From NCBI GenBank assembly GCA_051530055.1, contig CM121341.1, positions 16,594,784 through 16,658,783 on the forward strand: 64,000 nucleotides of DNA, read 5' to 3'. Both the position numbers and the translations under genes were made by a program. The stretch comes from Neoechinorhynchus agilis (lineage: Eukaryota > Animalia > Acanthocephala). Positions within the stretch are counted from its first letter, which is position 1, and the number at the start of each line of letters is the position of its first letter. Below, piece by piece: positions 21,256 through 34,100 of the stretch. The notes under the pieces are model-generated. The model saw only the letters and a program-made list of their open reading frames with translations, was not told the origin of the DNA and did no database searches.

Positions 21256-23234
21256 ATGAACAATCTAAATCGATTAAACAATTACGAGAATGCCTCAGCG
21301 ACAATAAATCCACATGAACAGGCGGCCACTGAGACTGTAAGGAAACCTGGGAGACGACAAAATCCTTGGGGATTCGCCACTTATGCTGAACTTATTCAGC
21401 TGGCGATTACAACCTCAGCAGAGCAGCGATTAACGCTACAAGAAATCTACAATTGGATGATTAGTAATGTTGAATATTTCGCATCAATGGCCGTCAGAAG
21501 AGATATCGATCAAATGAAGGTGAGCATCGCCATGATTCATTTTTTAAAACTTCAATAATATCTCAATTTTAGAACTCAATAAGACACAATTTATCACACC
21601 GTGATCAATTTGTAAGGGTGGTTAGTGCCACAGGTTGCAGAGCATCCTATTGGACGTACGATCCAAACAACATAAAAGAACGTCCAGCAAAGCGACCTCG
21701 GGTTACACAGGAAAATATGAATGCAGCGCGTGACGGACGTAGACCGGGAAGAGGACGGGGACCTACACGGACAAGAATCGGAGACTTTCCCAACTCGTTT
21801 ACGACCGAAAGCCATGGTACCCAGGAGCAATTAGCTCCAAATTTGTATCAACCCAATGGATACAATCAGCTGCCACAATTCGCATCTCAAACTTATAATA
21901 ATATCCCACCTAATACATTTGCCATGAACTATAATCCGTGGTATCAGCCAGCACAAATATACAACGGAAATTTTCAACAAAATGCTCTTGGACAACAATT
22001 TGAATTCCAGCACCAAAACAATATTATAACTCAAAATACCATGAACACACAATGGGGCTATGATGGCACAAATCAACAAATGAATAATGGAATTGGAATA
22101 AATAATACTTACCTTCCAGCAAATCTGAATACTCCAACGGTACACACATACCATGGAAATTATATTACAAATTTCGGCCTACAACAAATGGGTATTGGAG
22201 CAAGTGGTCCAATGGGATTGCAAGGTCCTATGACTATGCCGGCGGATCCAAATTCTGCAAACCAATCCACGGCTACGGTAATGAATCCAGTTGGAAATAC
22301 TTTTCAAGGTCATGTTAACAGTTCGAACCAAGAAGGATTTGTAAATATTAATAACGAAACAATTGGACAAACAAACTCAAATCAAATGACACTCGGAGAA
22401 AGTGTTCCAACGGGACATCAGGTCTCTGGGACAGTCCGTACGAATCCATTTTCTAGAAACCAATGCACTATTCTGAACATGAATACAGCGCCAAACACTA
22501 GTTCTAACCCAGATGAAGTTGGAGCTTTCATTGATCAAATAATTGCCGATGCGAAGAAACAGAAAATGGAACCATCCGAGGGTGCCATTAGCGAACTAAA
22601 AGAACCAGGGGCTGAGTATTCTACCAAGGAGTTAGGGAGAAAATCATGTGACAAAAAAAACGACTCGCGAATTGTTCATGCTGGGCGAATGCTCGAAAAT
22701 ATTAACGAACAGGGCTCAATTAGTTTCTACGATCAAACTGCTGCTAGAGCACAATTGCGTAATAGAAATTCGAATGAATCACCTTTGAAGGAGGTAGTCT
22801 CGCATTCGCATAAAAGGGCGTTAGATGCTGGAATTCAAGAAGATTTGTTGCCGCCGCCAGCAAAGCAAAGTTCCGGGACAATAAAAAGTAACCCTATGGA
22901 AGGTGGAGTTACGTTCGTCAACGCTCAAGCTGAGATTTATGAGTGGTGGAATGAGCCGACCGAATATGACGAGTATATCCGACAAATTCAGTTGAATGTG
23001 ATTTCAGAGGGCGATAGTGCAGCAGAAGCACAAGAAGGGAATTCGTTTGAGGCCGATAATCGTGATGGATTCCGGGATTCCTTAAATAACGACTGGTGGA
23101 CACAGCAGAGCGAAAATTCTTCATTTATTGACCAGCAGCATGAAAATCCGAGTATATTTGTAAAGAATACGGATATCCTGAGACTCTTGGATGGAATAAT
23201 TAAAAGCAGAAATCAAAATAATCGTACGCAATAA
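21256..23234 (+). CDS. Divergent FoxO-like forkhead transcription factor, 2 exons (21256-21519, 21573-23234), 641 aa
   Basis: RRQNPWGFATYAELIQLAI..SAEQRLTLQEIYNWM..NVEYF...K|NSIRHNLS...FVRV...SYWTYDP across a 53-nt GT-AG intron, followed by a long N/Q-rich C-terminus. Confidence 0.85.
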
Positions 23235-23399
23235 ATTGACAATGAAGCCTGCTGGTTCCTACGATTGTGTACACCTAATTAACTTTCACGTTGATTATTG
23301 GCAAACATAAATCCATCGGTGCATTCGAACTTTTAACGCCGTGTTATCAAAATTGATCACGTTCTTCTCTTTTTCACTCACGCATTTTTTTCTCTCTTT

Positions 23400-24200
23400 C
23401 GAGAAGTTGTGGTTCCATCGACAAGCAATTTATCCTGTTTAATGCAATCCACCCATCGTTTCCTCGTCCTTCCTCGTCAGCGATTTCCAGTCTCTCCGTG
23501 CTGCGCAGTATGTGATATGCTTCGTACTTCGAAACTTTATCGTGCCGGCACAACCTTCTTTGGACGATCAACTCTGAACAGCGGCAAGTGCCGAACAGCT
23601 CTACATTAGAACAAAAAATGCAGCTTCCTAGAAGGCTCAACCGGGCTTGAGGCATCAATTCTATCCAGGGGCCAGGTTCTGAAAATCTTTCACGATATTT
23701 TGCCCGTTCGCTTCATCTTCCACGTTCATCACTAAAATCTCGCACTTGGCAGCATTCAATTCAATGCCAATTTTCGCCGTCTCCTTCATGAGTGTCTCCA
23801 AATCCGGCATCATAAAGGTATCAGCCGTTAAAGTTTGACTGGAGAGAATGCGCGACGGGATTGAACTCGAGTGAGAAGGCTATCGGGCCCAAAGGATCCC
23901 CTTGTTGAACTTCTATTTCTGACCCCGTTGTTGTTCAACAACCACGTTTTGTGGAGAGAAATGAGGAAGTGTGGGTGAATGTCAATGGAAAATGATCTTA
24001 TGATCAGTATGATTTGATGTTCAATAATCACGTTTTGTATTCAGAAATCATACCCATTCCGAATGCGATAGGGACCACCATTAGAAGACATTCACCATTA
24101 GACGAGACGGTGAAAGCATCGGCGATAAATGATTTTGAACCTCTTTGACCCTGAAAAAAAGGATATCATTTACGACGTTTAATCGTACAATGCTAGATTT
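23400..24200 (-). mobile_element. Decayed CRE-type reverse transcriptase core
   Basis: Minus strand: VPIAFG...EVQQGDPLGPIAFSL (23885-23910)...NG*YLYD (WYLDD remnant, about 23811-23826)...IGIELNAAKCEI. Confidence 0.8.
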
Positions 24201-24438
24201 AAAAGATCTTATTGATTGATTGTTTGTACCGTTGCTGCAGTCATTAAGCAAAGCTGCTTTTATTTCCAGTGCTAAAGAGAGCAATTGCTTATAAGTAAAC
24301 TTGAATTGGATTTAATTACAAAAAAACAGAACTAATTAAGCTTAAATACGTTAGCTCTACGGATTGATCACCATGGCAACTAAATATCTAATATGTTCAA
24401 AATTTAGTAGTGCGACGTTCATCAACTTCGTCTTCAGA

Positions 24439-24780
24439 ATGGAAACACCGTGCCACGACTACCCACTCCAAGGCATGTACGTCGTCAATTTGGAAGTTCA
24501 GCACGGTTCAACGATGTTGCCGTTGTACTTGCAAAGAGATAGACCTATCAGAGTATCGGATCTCCAAGAGAAAATCGCCAAGGTTTCATGCATTCCTCTG
24601 TGCATGCAGCGAATTTACTTTGAAGGACAGTACCTCCATCGATGGCCTAACGCACGGCTCTTGGACTTTGGCGTCGTGAATGGAGTTCGTTTAACTCTTG
24701 CCGGCACCACCTGCACAAGACACGATCCAAAGTGCACTGAGTGTCTCGTTTGTAAGGATGCCAACGTTTGTTATCACTGA
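24439..24780 (+). CDS. Ubiquitin-like domain protein (BAG1-UBL-like pattern) with Cys/His-rich tail, 113 aa
   Basis: VQHGSTMLPLYL...RVSDLQEKIAKVSCIPLCMQRIYFEGQYL...LLDFGVVNGVRLTLAG follows the Ubl fold pattern; tail CTRHDPKCTECLVCKDANVCYH; ATG behind tcttcag. Confidence 0.7.
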   Translation: METPCHDYPLQGMYVVNLEVQHGSTMLPLYLQRDRPIRVSDLQEKIAKVSCIPLCMQRIYFEGQYLHRWPNARLLDFGVVNGVRLTLAGTTCTRHDPKCTECLVCKDANVCYH

Positions 24781-24789
24781 GGGCGACAG

Positions 24790-25450
24790 AGTTAAAATTA
24801 TTTACTGACGAAAAATAAGCTTTTTGAATGAGTACAATGCTTTTGGAAAAATAGGGATGGATTGCAAGCTTTGCGGCCAACTATTGAGTTTCGTGGTCAG
24901 ACTGCCAGTAATATCAATGGCGGAAAGCACTAATCTGGGGAACACAAAGAGACGCATCCACGAAAACTCTGAGTTAGTTTCAATGCAGTCTGTCAATAGA
25001 GAGGTGAATCTCTTTGCGGCCTGATATCAAGCGCCCCTTGGGATTATTTTAAGAACGTCTCTAGGTAAAACTCGTACAATATTCCCTTCAAATGGAATTT
25101 AATTTTGTACTGATGATAGGATTTTTAGGCCTCCAATCAATGGACTTTGGGGATGAACCGGAACCGCCGCAGCGTGAATCACGGGGCCATGAACCCTTAG
25201 AACTCCTGTTTTCATCGGGGAGAAAATCTCATCACAAACCTCACAGAATCCTGCTGAGAAGCTCGTTCGTGTTTTATCCATGACTGACGAAGTTGAAATT
25301 GCCACACTGACGTTTTTATATTCACTTGGCTCGTTTTTTGCGGGCAGGTTTTCGTCTTCATATTGTCGCCTAACATCTAGGTTCCAAACGAAGCGAGGGG
25401 ACGGAATCGGTGTCGTCGGTGGTGGTGGCATCGGTGTCGTCGGTGGCTCT
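24790..25450 (-). mobile_element. Decayed 5' part of a CRE-type element
   Basis: CEVCDEIFSPMKTGVLRVHGP (Zn finger) and SWMRLFVFPRLVL; nucleotide match to about 18885-18960 (encoding PRF..NL.VR.QYED.NLPA.NEPS). Confidence 0.75.
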
Positions 25451-27783
25451 GGCTAAAAAATCTGACAATTTTGCGATGCTCACTTCGAAATAAAATCACA
25501 AAAGTGTGATTGAGCTGGAAAAGTTAGGCAAACTTATTGAAAATATGAGCCGACCTCGCATTAAATGCTTCACAGAAACACAAATTTAATAATAGTCTCA
25601 ATTTCTTGAAGGTTTACAAACTCTAATAAATTAGCCTTTTTAAATTACTGTTTGAAATAAAGACAAGATTTTGCCATATAAACCTTAAGATTTAGTATAT
25701 TTTACGCAGTAACCAAGATTTGAAAGGTAAGCAGTCGCTTACACTGATAAATATTTATATTGCAACAAGGAAGGTTTCACGTTTTATTAGAAACAACATT
25801 ACTCATTTCTTAAATTGAGAACCAGATATTATTTTAGGAGAGTGGAACCCGCAGTGCCTAGCCAGTTTTGTAACCATCACAAGGAATTTTATTACATTTT
25901 TAGTAAAGGAACCTCGTTTCGGAATTGATCGAAGGTTTGAAAAGATCTAAATTTTGCAATAAAACCGGTTGCCGAAATTCAAACTGAAAAAGTACTAGGC
26001 TACGATTTTGTTATTTGCTCTTCTTCCCTCATTACGATTAGGCGAATAATATACCGATCGAAATCAGCCACAAAATTTAATTTTGAAAATAAAAATTGTT
26101 GCACAAAAATCCAAGAGTATTTTCCGATTTAAAACCATTCATACTGTTTTATGGAAAAATATGTGATTTTTTATTTAATCAAATCAAACTTAGCGTCTAT
26201 AATAGTCTAATTATTTCTCATTCATTTTCTTAATTTGATCTTTAATTCGAGCAATTCATTGGCGAGACAAATTGCGCAAACTAAAGAAAACGGAATCTAG
26301 TGCTTATCTTAAAAAACGTGACTTAATCGACGACATTTTGATGTGCAAATTAAAATCCTTTAGCTATGACGTCAAATGTGCACGTAAGGCCATAGTTTCT
26401 TCCGTTGTTTCAGCTAATGAATATCCTCGTTTTTAAAGCTACAATTCATTGAAATGGTCGTGCCGCTCATTCTCTATAATTTGTCGAGCGACCGTCGATT
26501 CTAACAAAAAATATGTCCTTCACAGTGAATTGAAATAAGCGCACTCTGTAAGTTGATCAGCGTTCAAACATGTTAGGATATTGTCTCTTTTTCCACAAAC
26601 TCAATGAATGCTCCACAGACTACGGTTTTCGTGATTGTCCTACGCTCACATACTTTAAAATTGTTATTCCTTGGGTCCATATATTCGGAAGAATTTACGG
26701 ATATTTGAAACAGCAGTCAAAGTTGACCTAATTTTACTTTTATCAATCCCCGCTTTATCTTCTGAAACAAACGCACGCATGCAGTTATCATCATTTTTGT
26801 CATTTGCAAGAACTTCAAATGATCTTTGATATTTAGTGAGTTGTTTACCGTATGCTAATCGAATTGAATATAGCTCCTCGGTGTGAATGGTTTTTTTATT
26901 TGAAAACTTCTGATATTTATTGGTGACCTCATATGAATCTTAGTCCTTTCTGTAACTATCACATTTTATCATTATATAATGTTAACACGTTTTTTTGCAC
27001 GATCCACACACCTGCCAGCATCTATCTTTGCTGAAGGTGTCTGGATGACGGATGTTGAGGCAAGGGTGGTGGGACTTGTCTTTGAAGGGGCGTTGATGTG
27101 CGATCGGATGCTTTGTACAGGAGATGACCGATTGGGAGTCTTTCCTTGTTCTCCGGTTATTAAGGAAAGATTGGGCTTGGGGGAAAAAAGATTTTTTGGT
27201 AGAGGGTTGTACGAGCGAGGGGGGGATGAAAAAGGTTGGAGTTACGGGTTTGTTAATTTCCGATGAGCATTCAATGTTTTTAAAATCGCCCTTATATTTG
27301 AATCAATTTTTCCAGATTGCTCTTAAGATGCACATAAAGAAATATTTACTTCATTTTAAACATGCCGAATCTCCTTTATTTTGTTAGAAAGATTGCTGTC
27401 CATTCTACCCCCGCCTACAACCTTCATTCGATCGTTTCCACGTCATTCCTCACCATACCGACCAATTTTCGATTATTGTGCGAATTTTCCCAAATAATGA
27501 TATTCATTGCTGCAATTTTTTACGTTATGTAGTAGACTTTGCAAGAGAGAAACTTGTAGCAATTTTTACATTTGTTGTGGTGCTTACTAAATACCTTCAG
27601 GATCATTGTACTGTGTTCTAATGGTCAGTTATAAAACTACGCGTAATGCATTTCATAGCTTATTTGTACGTAACGTAAGTGTTTATTTAATCGTACAAGT
27701 CAAACTCTGCCACTTTGTTTGGGTTAGAATATTTCGAATTATTTTTCAGATGTGTGGCTAGCTAGTTTTTTATCCGCATATCT

Positions 27784-27853
27784 GCCAAGGTGGTCTAGTT
27801 GATTAGAGCTTTGAATCGCTGTATGAGAAAAAGAGTTCAAATTCTTTACCACC
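27784..27853 (+). pseudogene. tRNA-derived SINE head or tRNA pseudogene
   Basis: gccaagg-TGGTCTAGTTGATTAGAGC (A-box/D-arm-like) and aagaGTTCAAATtctt (B-box/T-arm-like); no complete cloverleaf. Confidence 0.4.
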
Positions 27854-28159
27854 GATGCTGAGGATGCACAACCAAAGCGGACGAAACACCGCCGAAGGGA
27901 GGAAATTCACTGACGAGTGGCGCATGCTGGAGGTGTGCGAGGATCCAGAAAGATGTGGTATTAAGTGATTTTATGTGCTTCCATGATGAAAATATCAGCC
28001 AAATAAAGTACTCAGTTCAACGCCCAAAATCTAAATAACCATCCAGTCACACAGAACAACGTGTTTCGCGCAATTATGCTTAAATTCGCCGATCCCATTT
28101 GTTATTCCAAAATTGCTGTATGAGCTGCATACGATACTCTATTTGGAAGTTAGGATAAG

Positions 28160-31100
28160 CTGACCTCCGAACGAAGATGGGCAAGTTAACAGAAGTATTC
28201 GCGGCAACTATTAAAGCGAGGACTATGAGTAAACGTATTCATTTATAAAAAATCAAAACACCACAACGAACATGGAAACGAATAAAAGCATTGAATATAA
28301 AAATAAAAAAGCATCGCGTCAATTTTTTCACGTGCAATCGATGACGTAAGAATTCATCCGAACCAAGATGGGCAAGTTAACAGAAGTATTCGCCGCAACT
28401 ATTAAAGCGAGGACTACGAATAAACGTATTCATCGATGAAAAACCGAAACACTACAACGAACATGAAAACGAATAAAAGCATTTAATATAAAAATGAAAA
28501 AGCATCGCGTCAATTTTTTCACGTTCAAACGATGACGTAAGAATACGTCCGTACCAAGATGAGCAAGTTAACAGAAGTTTTCGCGGCAACTATTAAAGCG
28601 AGGACTACGAATAAACGTATTCATCGATAAAAAACAGAAACACCACAACGAACATGAAAACGAATAAAAGAATTGAATATCAAAATGGAAAAGCATCGCG
28701 TCAATTTTTTCACGTGCAATCGACGACGTAAGAATACGTTCGTACCAAGATGAGCAAGTTAACAGAAGTATCCGCGGTAACTATTAAAGCGAGGACTACG
28801 AATAAACGTATCCATTGATAAAAAACCGAAACACTACAATGAACATGAAAACGAATAAAAGCATTGAATATAAAAATTCAAAAGCATCGCGTCAATTTTT
28901 TCACGTTCAATCGATGAGGTAAGAATACGTCCGCACCAAGATGAGCAAGTTAACAGAAGTATTCGCGGCAACTATTAAAGCTAGGACTATGATTAAACGT
29001 ATTCATCGATAAAAACAGAAACACTACAACGAACATGAAAACGAATATAAGCATTGAATATAAAAATGGAAAAGCATCGCGTCAATTTTTTAACGTGCAA
29101 TCGATGATGTAAGAATACGTCTGTACCAAGATGAGCAAGTTAACAGAAGTATTCACGGTAACTATTAAAGCGAGGACTATGAATAAACGTATTCATCGAT
29201 AAAAAACCGAAACACTACAACGAACATGAAAACCAATAAAAGCATTGAATATAAAAATGGAAAAGCACCGCGTCAATTTTTTCACGCGCAATCGATGAGG
29301 TAAGAATACGTCCGTACCAAGATGAGCAAGTTAACAAAAGTATTCGCGGCATCTATTAAAGCGAGGACTATGAATAAACGTATTCATCGATAAAAAAAAC
29401 CGAAACAATACAACGAACATGAAAACGAATAAAAGCATTGAATATAAAAATAAAAAAGCATCGCGTCAATTTTTTCATTTGGAATCGATGACTAAAGAAT
29501 ACGTCTGAACCACGATGAGCAAGTTAACAGAAGTATTCGCGGCAACTATTAAAGCGAGGACTACGAATAAACGTAGCCGTTGATAAAAAACCGAAACACT
29601 ACAACGAAGATGAAAACGAATAAAGCATTGAATATAAAAATGAAAAAGCATCGCGTCAATATTTTCACGTGTAATCGACGACGTAAGAAAACGTCCGAAC
29701 CAAGATGAGCAAGTTAACACAAGTATCCGCGGTAACTATTAAAGCGAAGACTATCAATAAACGTATTCATCGATAAAAAACGGAAACACTACAACGAACA
29801 TGAAAACGAATAAAAGCATTGAATATAAAAATGGAAAAGCATCGCGTCAATTTTTTCACGTGCAATCGATGACGTAAGAAAACGTCCGAACCAAGATGAG
29901 CAAGTTAACAGAAGTATTCCCGGCAACTATTAAAGCGAGGACTATGAGTAAACGTATTCATCGATAAAAAAACCGAAACAATACAACGAACATGAAAACG
30001 AACAAAAGCATCGAATATAAAAGTGAAAAAGCATCGCGTCAATTTTTTCACTTGCAATCGATGACGTAAGAATACGTACGAACCAAGATGAGCAAGTTAA
30101 CAGAAGTTTTCGCGGACACTATTAAAGCGAGGACTATGATTAAACGTATTCATCGATGAAAAACCGAAACACTACAACCATCATGAAAACGAATAAAAGT
30201 ATTGAATATCAAAATTAAAACGCACCGCGTCAATTTTTTCACGTGCAATCCATGACGTAAGAATACGTCCGAACTATGATGGGCAAGTTAACAGAAGTAT
30301 TCACTGCAGCTAATAAAGCGAGGACTACGAATAAACGTATTCATCGATGAAAAACCGAAACACTACAACCAACATGAAAACGAATAAAAGTATTGAATAT
30401 AAAAATTAAAGAGCATCGCGTCAATTTTTTCACGTGCAATCGATGACGTAAGAATACGTCCGAACCAAGATGAGCAAGTTAACAGAAGTATTCGCGGCAA
30501 CTATTAAAGCGAGGACTACGAATAAACGTATTCATCGATGAAAAACCGAAACACAACAACGAACATGAAAACGAATAAAAGCATTATATATAAAAATTAA
30601 AAAGCATCGCGTCAATTTTTTAACGTTCAATCGATGACGTAAGAATACGTCCGAACCAGGATGGGCATTTTAACACAAGTATTCGCGGCAACTATTAAAG
30701 CGAGGACTACGAATAAACGTATTCATCAATGAAAAACCGAAACACTACAACGAACATGATAACGAATAAAAGTATTGAATATAAAAATTAAAAAGCATCG
30801 CGCAAATTTTTTCACGTGCTATCGATGACGTAAGAATACGTCCGAACCAAGATGAGCAAGTTAACAGAAGTATTCGCTGCAGCTATTAAACCGAGGACTA
30901 CGAATAAACGCATTCATCAATGACAAACCGAAACACTACAACCAACATGAAAACGAATAAAAGTATTTAATATAAAAATTAAAAAGCATCGCGTCAATTT
31001 TTTCACGTGCAATCGGTGACGTAAGAATACTTCCGAACAAAGATGAGCAAGTTAACAGAAGTATTCGCTGCAGCTATTAAAGCGAGGACATGACAAAGCA

Positions 31101-34100
31101 TCGCGTATTTTTACACGTTCAATCGATGACGTAAGAATACGTCCGAACCAAGATGGGCAAGTTAACAGAAGTATTCGCTGCAGCTATTAAAGCGAGGACA
31201 TGAAAAAGCATCGCGTAATTTTTTCACGTTCAATCGATGACGTAAGAATACGTCCGAACCAAGATGGGCAAGTTAACATAAGTATTCGCGGCTACTATTA
31301 AAGCGAGGACTACGAGTAAACGTATTCATCGATGAAAAACCGAAACAATGCAACGAACATGAAAACGAACAAAAGCATTGAATATAAAAATTAAAAAGCA
31401 TCGTGTCAATTTTTTTCACGTTCAATAAGTGACGTAAGAATACTTCCGAACAAAGATGGGCAAGTTATCAGAAGTATTCGCGGCAACTATTAAAGCGAGG
31501 ACTACGAATAAACGTATCCATCGATAAAAAACCGAAACACTACAATGAACATGAAAACGAATAAAAGCATTGAATATAAAAATTCAAAAGCATCGCGTCA
31601 ATTTTTTCACGTTCAATCGATGACGTAAGAATACGTCCGAACAAAGATGGGCAAGTTAACATAAGTATTCGCGGCTACTATTAAAGCGAGGACTACGAAT
31701 AAACGTATTCATCGATAAAAAACCGAAACACTACAACAAAGATGAAAACGATTAAAACCATTGAATATGAAAATGGAAAAGCACCGCGTAAATTTTTTTC
31801 ACGTGCAATCGATGACGTAAGAATACGTTCGTACCAAGATGAGCAAGTTAACAGAAGTATTCGCGGCAACTATTAAAGCGAGGACTACGAATAAACGTAT
31901 CCATCGATAAAAAACCGAAACACTACAATGAACATGAAAACGAATAAAAGCATTGAATATAAAAATTCAAAAGCATCGCGTCAATTTTTTCACCTTCAAT
32001 CGATGAGGTAAGAATACGTCCGCACCAAGATGAGTAAGTTAACAGAAGTATTCGTGGCAACCACTAAAGCGAGGACTATGAGTAAACGTATCCATTGATA
32101 AAAAAACCGAAGCACTACAATAAACATGAAAACGAATAAAAGCATTGAATATAAAAATTAAAAAGCATCGCGTCAATTTTTCACGTGCAATCGATGACGT
32201 AAGAATACGTCCGAACCAAGATGAGCAAGTTAACAGAAGTATCCGCGGTAACTATTAAAGCGAGGACTATGAATAAACGTATTCATGGATAAAAACCGAA
32301 ACAATACAACGAACATGAAAACGAATAAAAGCATTGAATATAAAAATTAAAAAGCATCGCGTCAATTTTCTAACGTTCAATCGATGACGTAAGAATACGT
32401 CCGAACTAAGATGGGCAAGTTAACAGAAGTTTTCGCGGCAACTATTAAAGCGAGGAATACGAATAAACGTATTCATCGATAAAAAACAGAAACACTACAA
32501 CGAACATGAAAACGAATAAAAGAGTTGAATATCAAAATGGAAAAGCATCGCGTCAATTTTTTCACGTGCAATCGATGACGTAAGAATACGTTCGTACCAA
32601 GATGAGCAAGTTAACAGAAGTATTCGCGGCAACTATTAAAGCGAGGACTATGAATAAACGTATTGATCGATAAAAACCGAAACAATACAACGAACATGAA
32701 AACGAACAAAAGCATTGAATATAAAAATGAAAAAGCATTGCGTCAATTTTTTCATTTCGAATCGATGACTTAAGAATACGTCTGAACCACGATGAGCAAG
32801 TTAACGGAAGTATTCGCGGCAACTATTAAAGCGAGGACTACGAATAAACGTATCCATTGATAAAAAAACCGAAACACTACAACGAACATGAAAACGAATG
32901 AAAGCATTGAATATAAAAATGAAAAAGCATCGCGTCAATTTTTCACGTGCAATTGACGACGTAAGAAAACGTCCGAACCAAGATGAGCAAGTCAACAGAA
33001 GTATCCGCGTTAACTATTAAAGCGAGGACTATGAATAAACGTATTCATCGTTAAAAACCGAAACAATACAACGAACATGAAAACGAATAAAAGCATTGAA
33101 TATAAAAATTAAAAAGCATCGCGTCAATTTTCTAACGTTCAATCGATGACGTAAGAATACGTCCGAACTAAGATGGGCAAGTTAACAGAAGTTTTCGCGG
33201 ACACTATTAAAGCGAGGACTATGAATAAACGTATTCATCGATGAAAAACCGAAACACTACAACCATCATGAAAACGAATAAAAGTATTGAATATCAAAAT
33301 TAAAACGCACCGCGTCAATTTTTTCACGTGCAATCCATGACGTAAGAATACGTCCGAACTAAGATGGGCAAGTTAACAGAAGTATTCACTGCAGCTAATA
33401 AAGCGAGGACTACGAATAAACGTATTCATCGATGAAAAACCGAAACACTACAACCAACATGAAAACGAATAAAAGTATTGAATATAAAAATTAAAGAGCA
33501 TCGCGTCAATTTTTTCACGTGCAATCGATGACGTAAGAAAACGTCCGAACCAAGATGAGCAAGTTAACAGAAGTATTCCCGGCAACTATTAAAGCGAGGA
33601 CTATGAGTAAACGTATTCATCGATAAAAAAACCGAAACAATACAACGAACATGAAAACGAACAAAAGCATCGAATATAAAAGTGAAAAAGCATCGCGTCA
33701 ATTTTTTCACTTGCAATCGATGACGTAAGAATACGTACGAACCAAGATGAGCAAGTTAACAGAAGTATTCGCTGCAACTTTTATAGCGAGGACTACGAGT
33801 AAACGTATTCATCGATGAAAAACCGAAACACTACAACGAACATGAAAACGAATAAAAGCATTGAATATAAAAATGAAAAAGCATTGCGTCAATTTTTTCA
33901 CGTGCAATCGATGACGTAAGAATACGTCAGAACCAAGATGAGTAAGTTAACAGAAGTATTCGCGGCAACCACTAAAGCGAGGACTATGAGTAAACGTATC
34001 CATTGATAAAAAAACCGAAGCACTACAATAAACATGAAAACGAATAAAAGCATTGAATATAAAAATTAAAAAGCATCGCGTCAATTTTTCACGTGCAATC

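Noticed and set aside
26660-27270. Open frames of about 90 codons on both strands
   Set aside because: No recognisable motifs and no convincing splice model.
27858-27960. Two hammerhead-like words (CTGAGGA..GGACGAAAC and CTGACGA..CCAGAAAG) behind the tRNA-like head
   Set aside because: Stems I and III cannot be formed around a valid NUH cleavage site.
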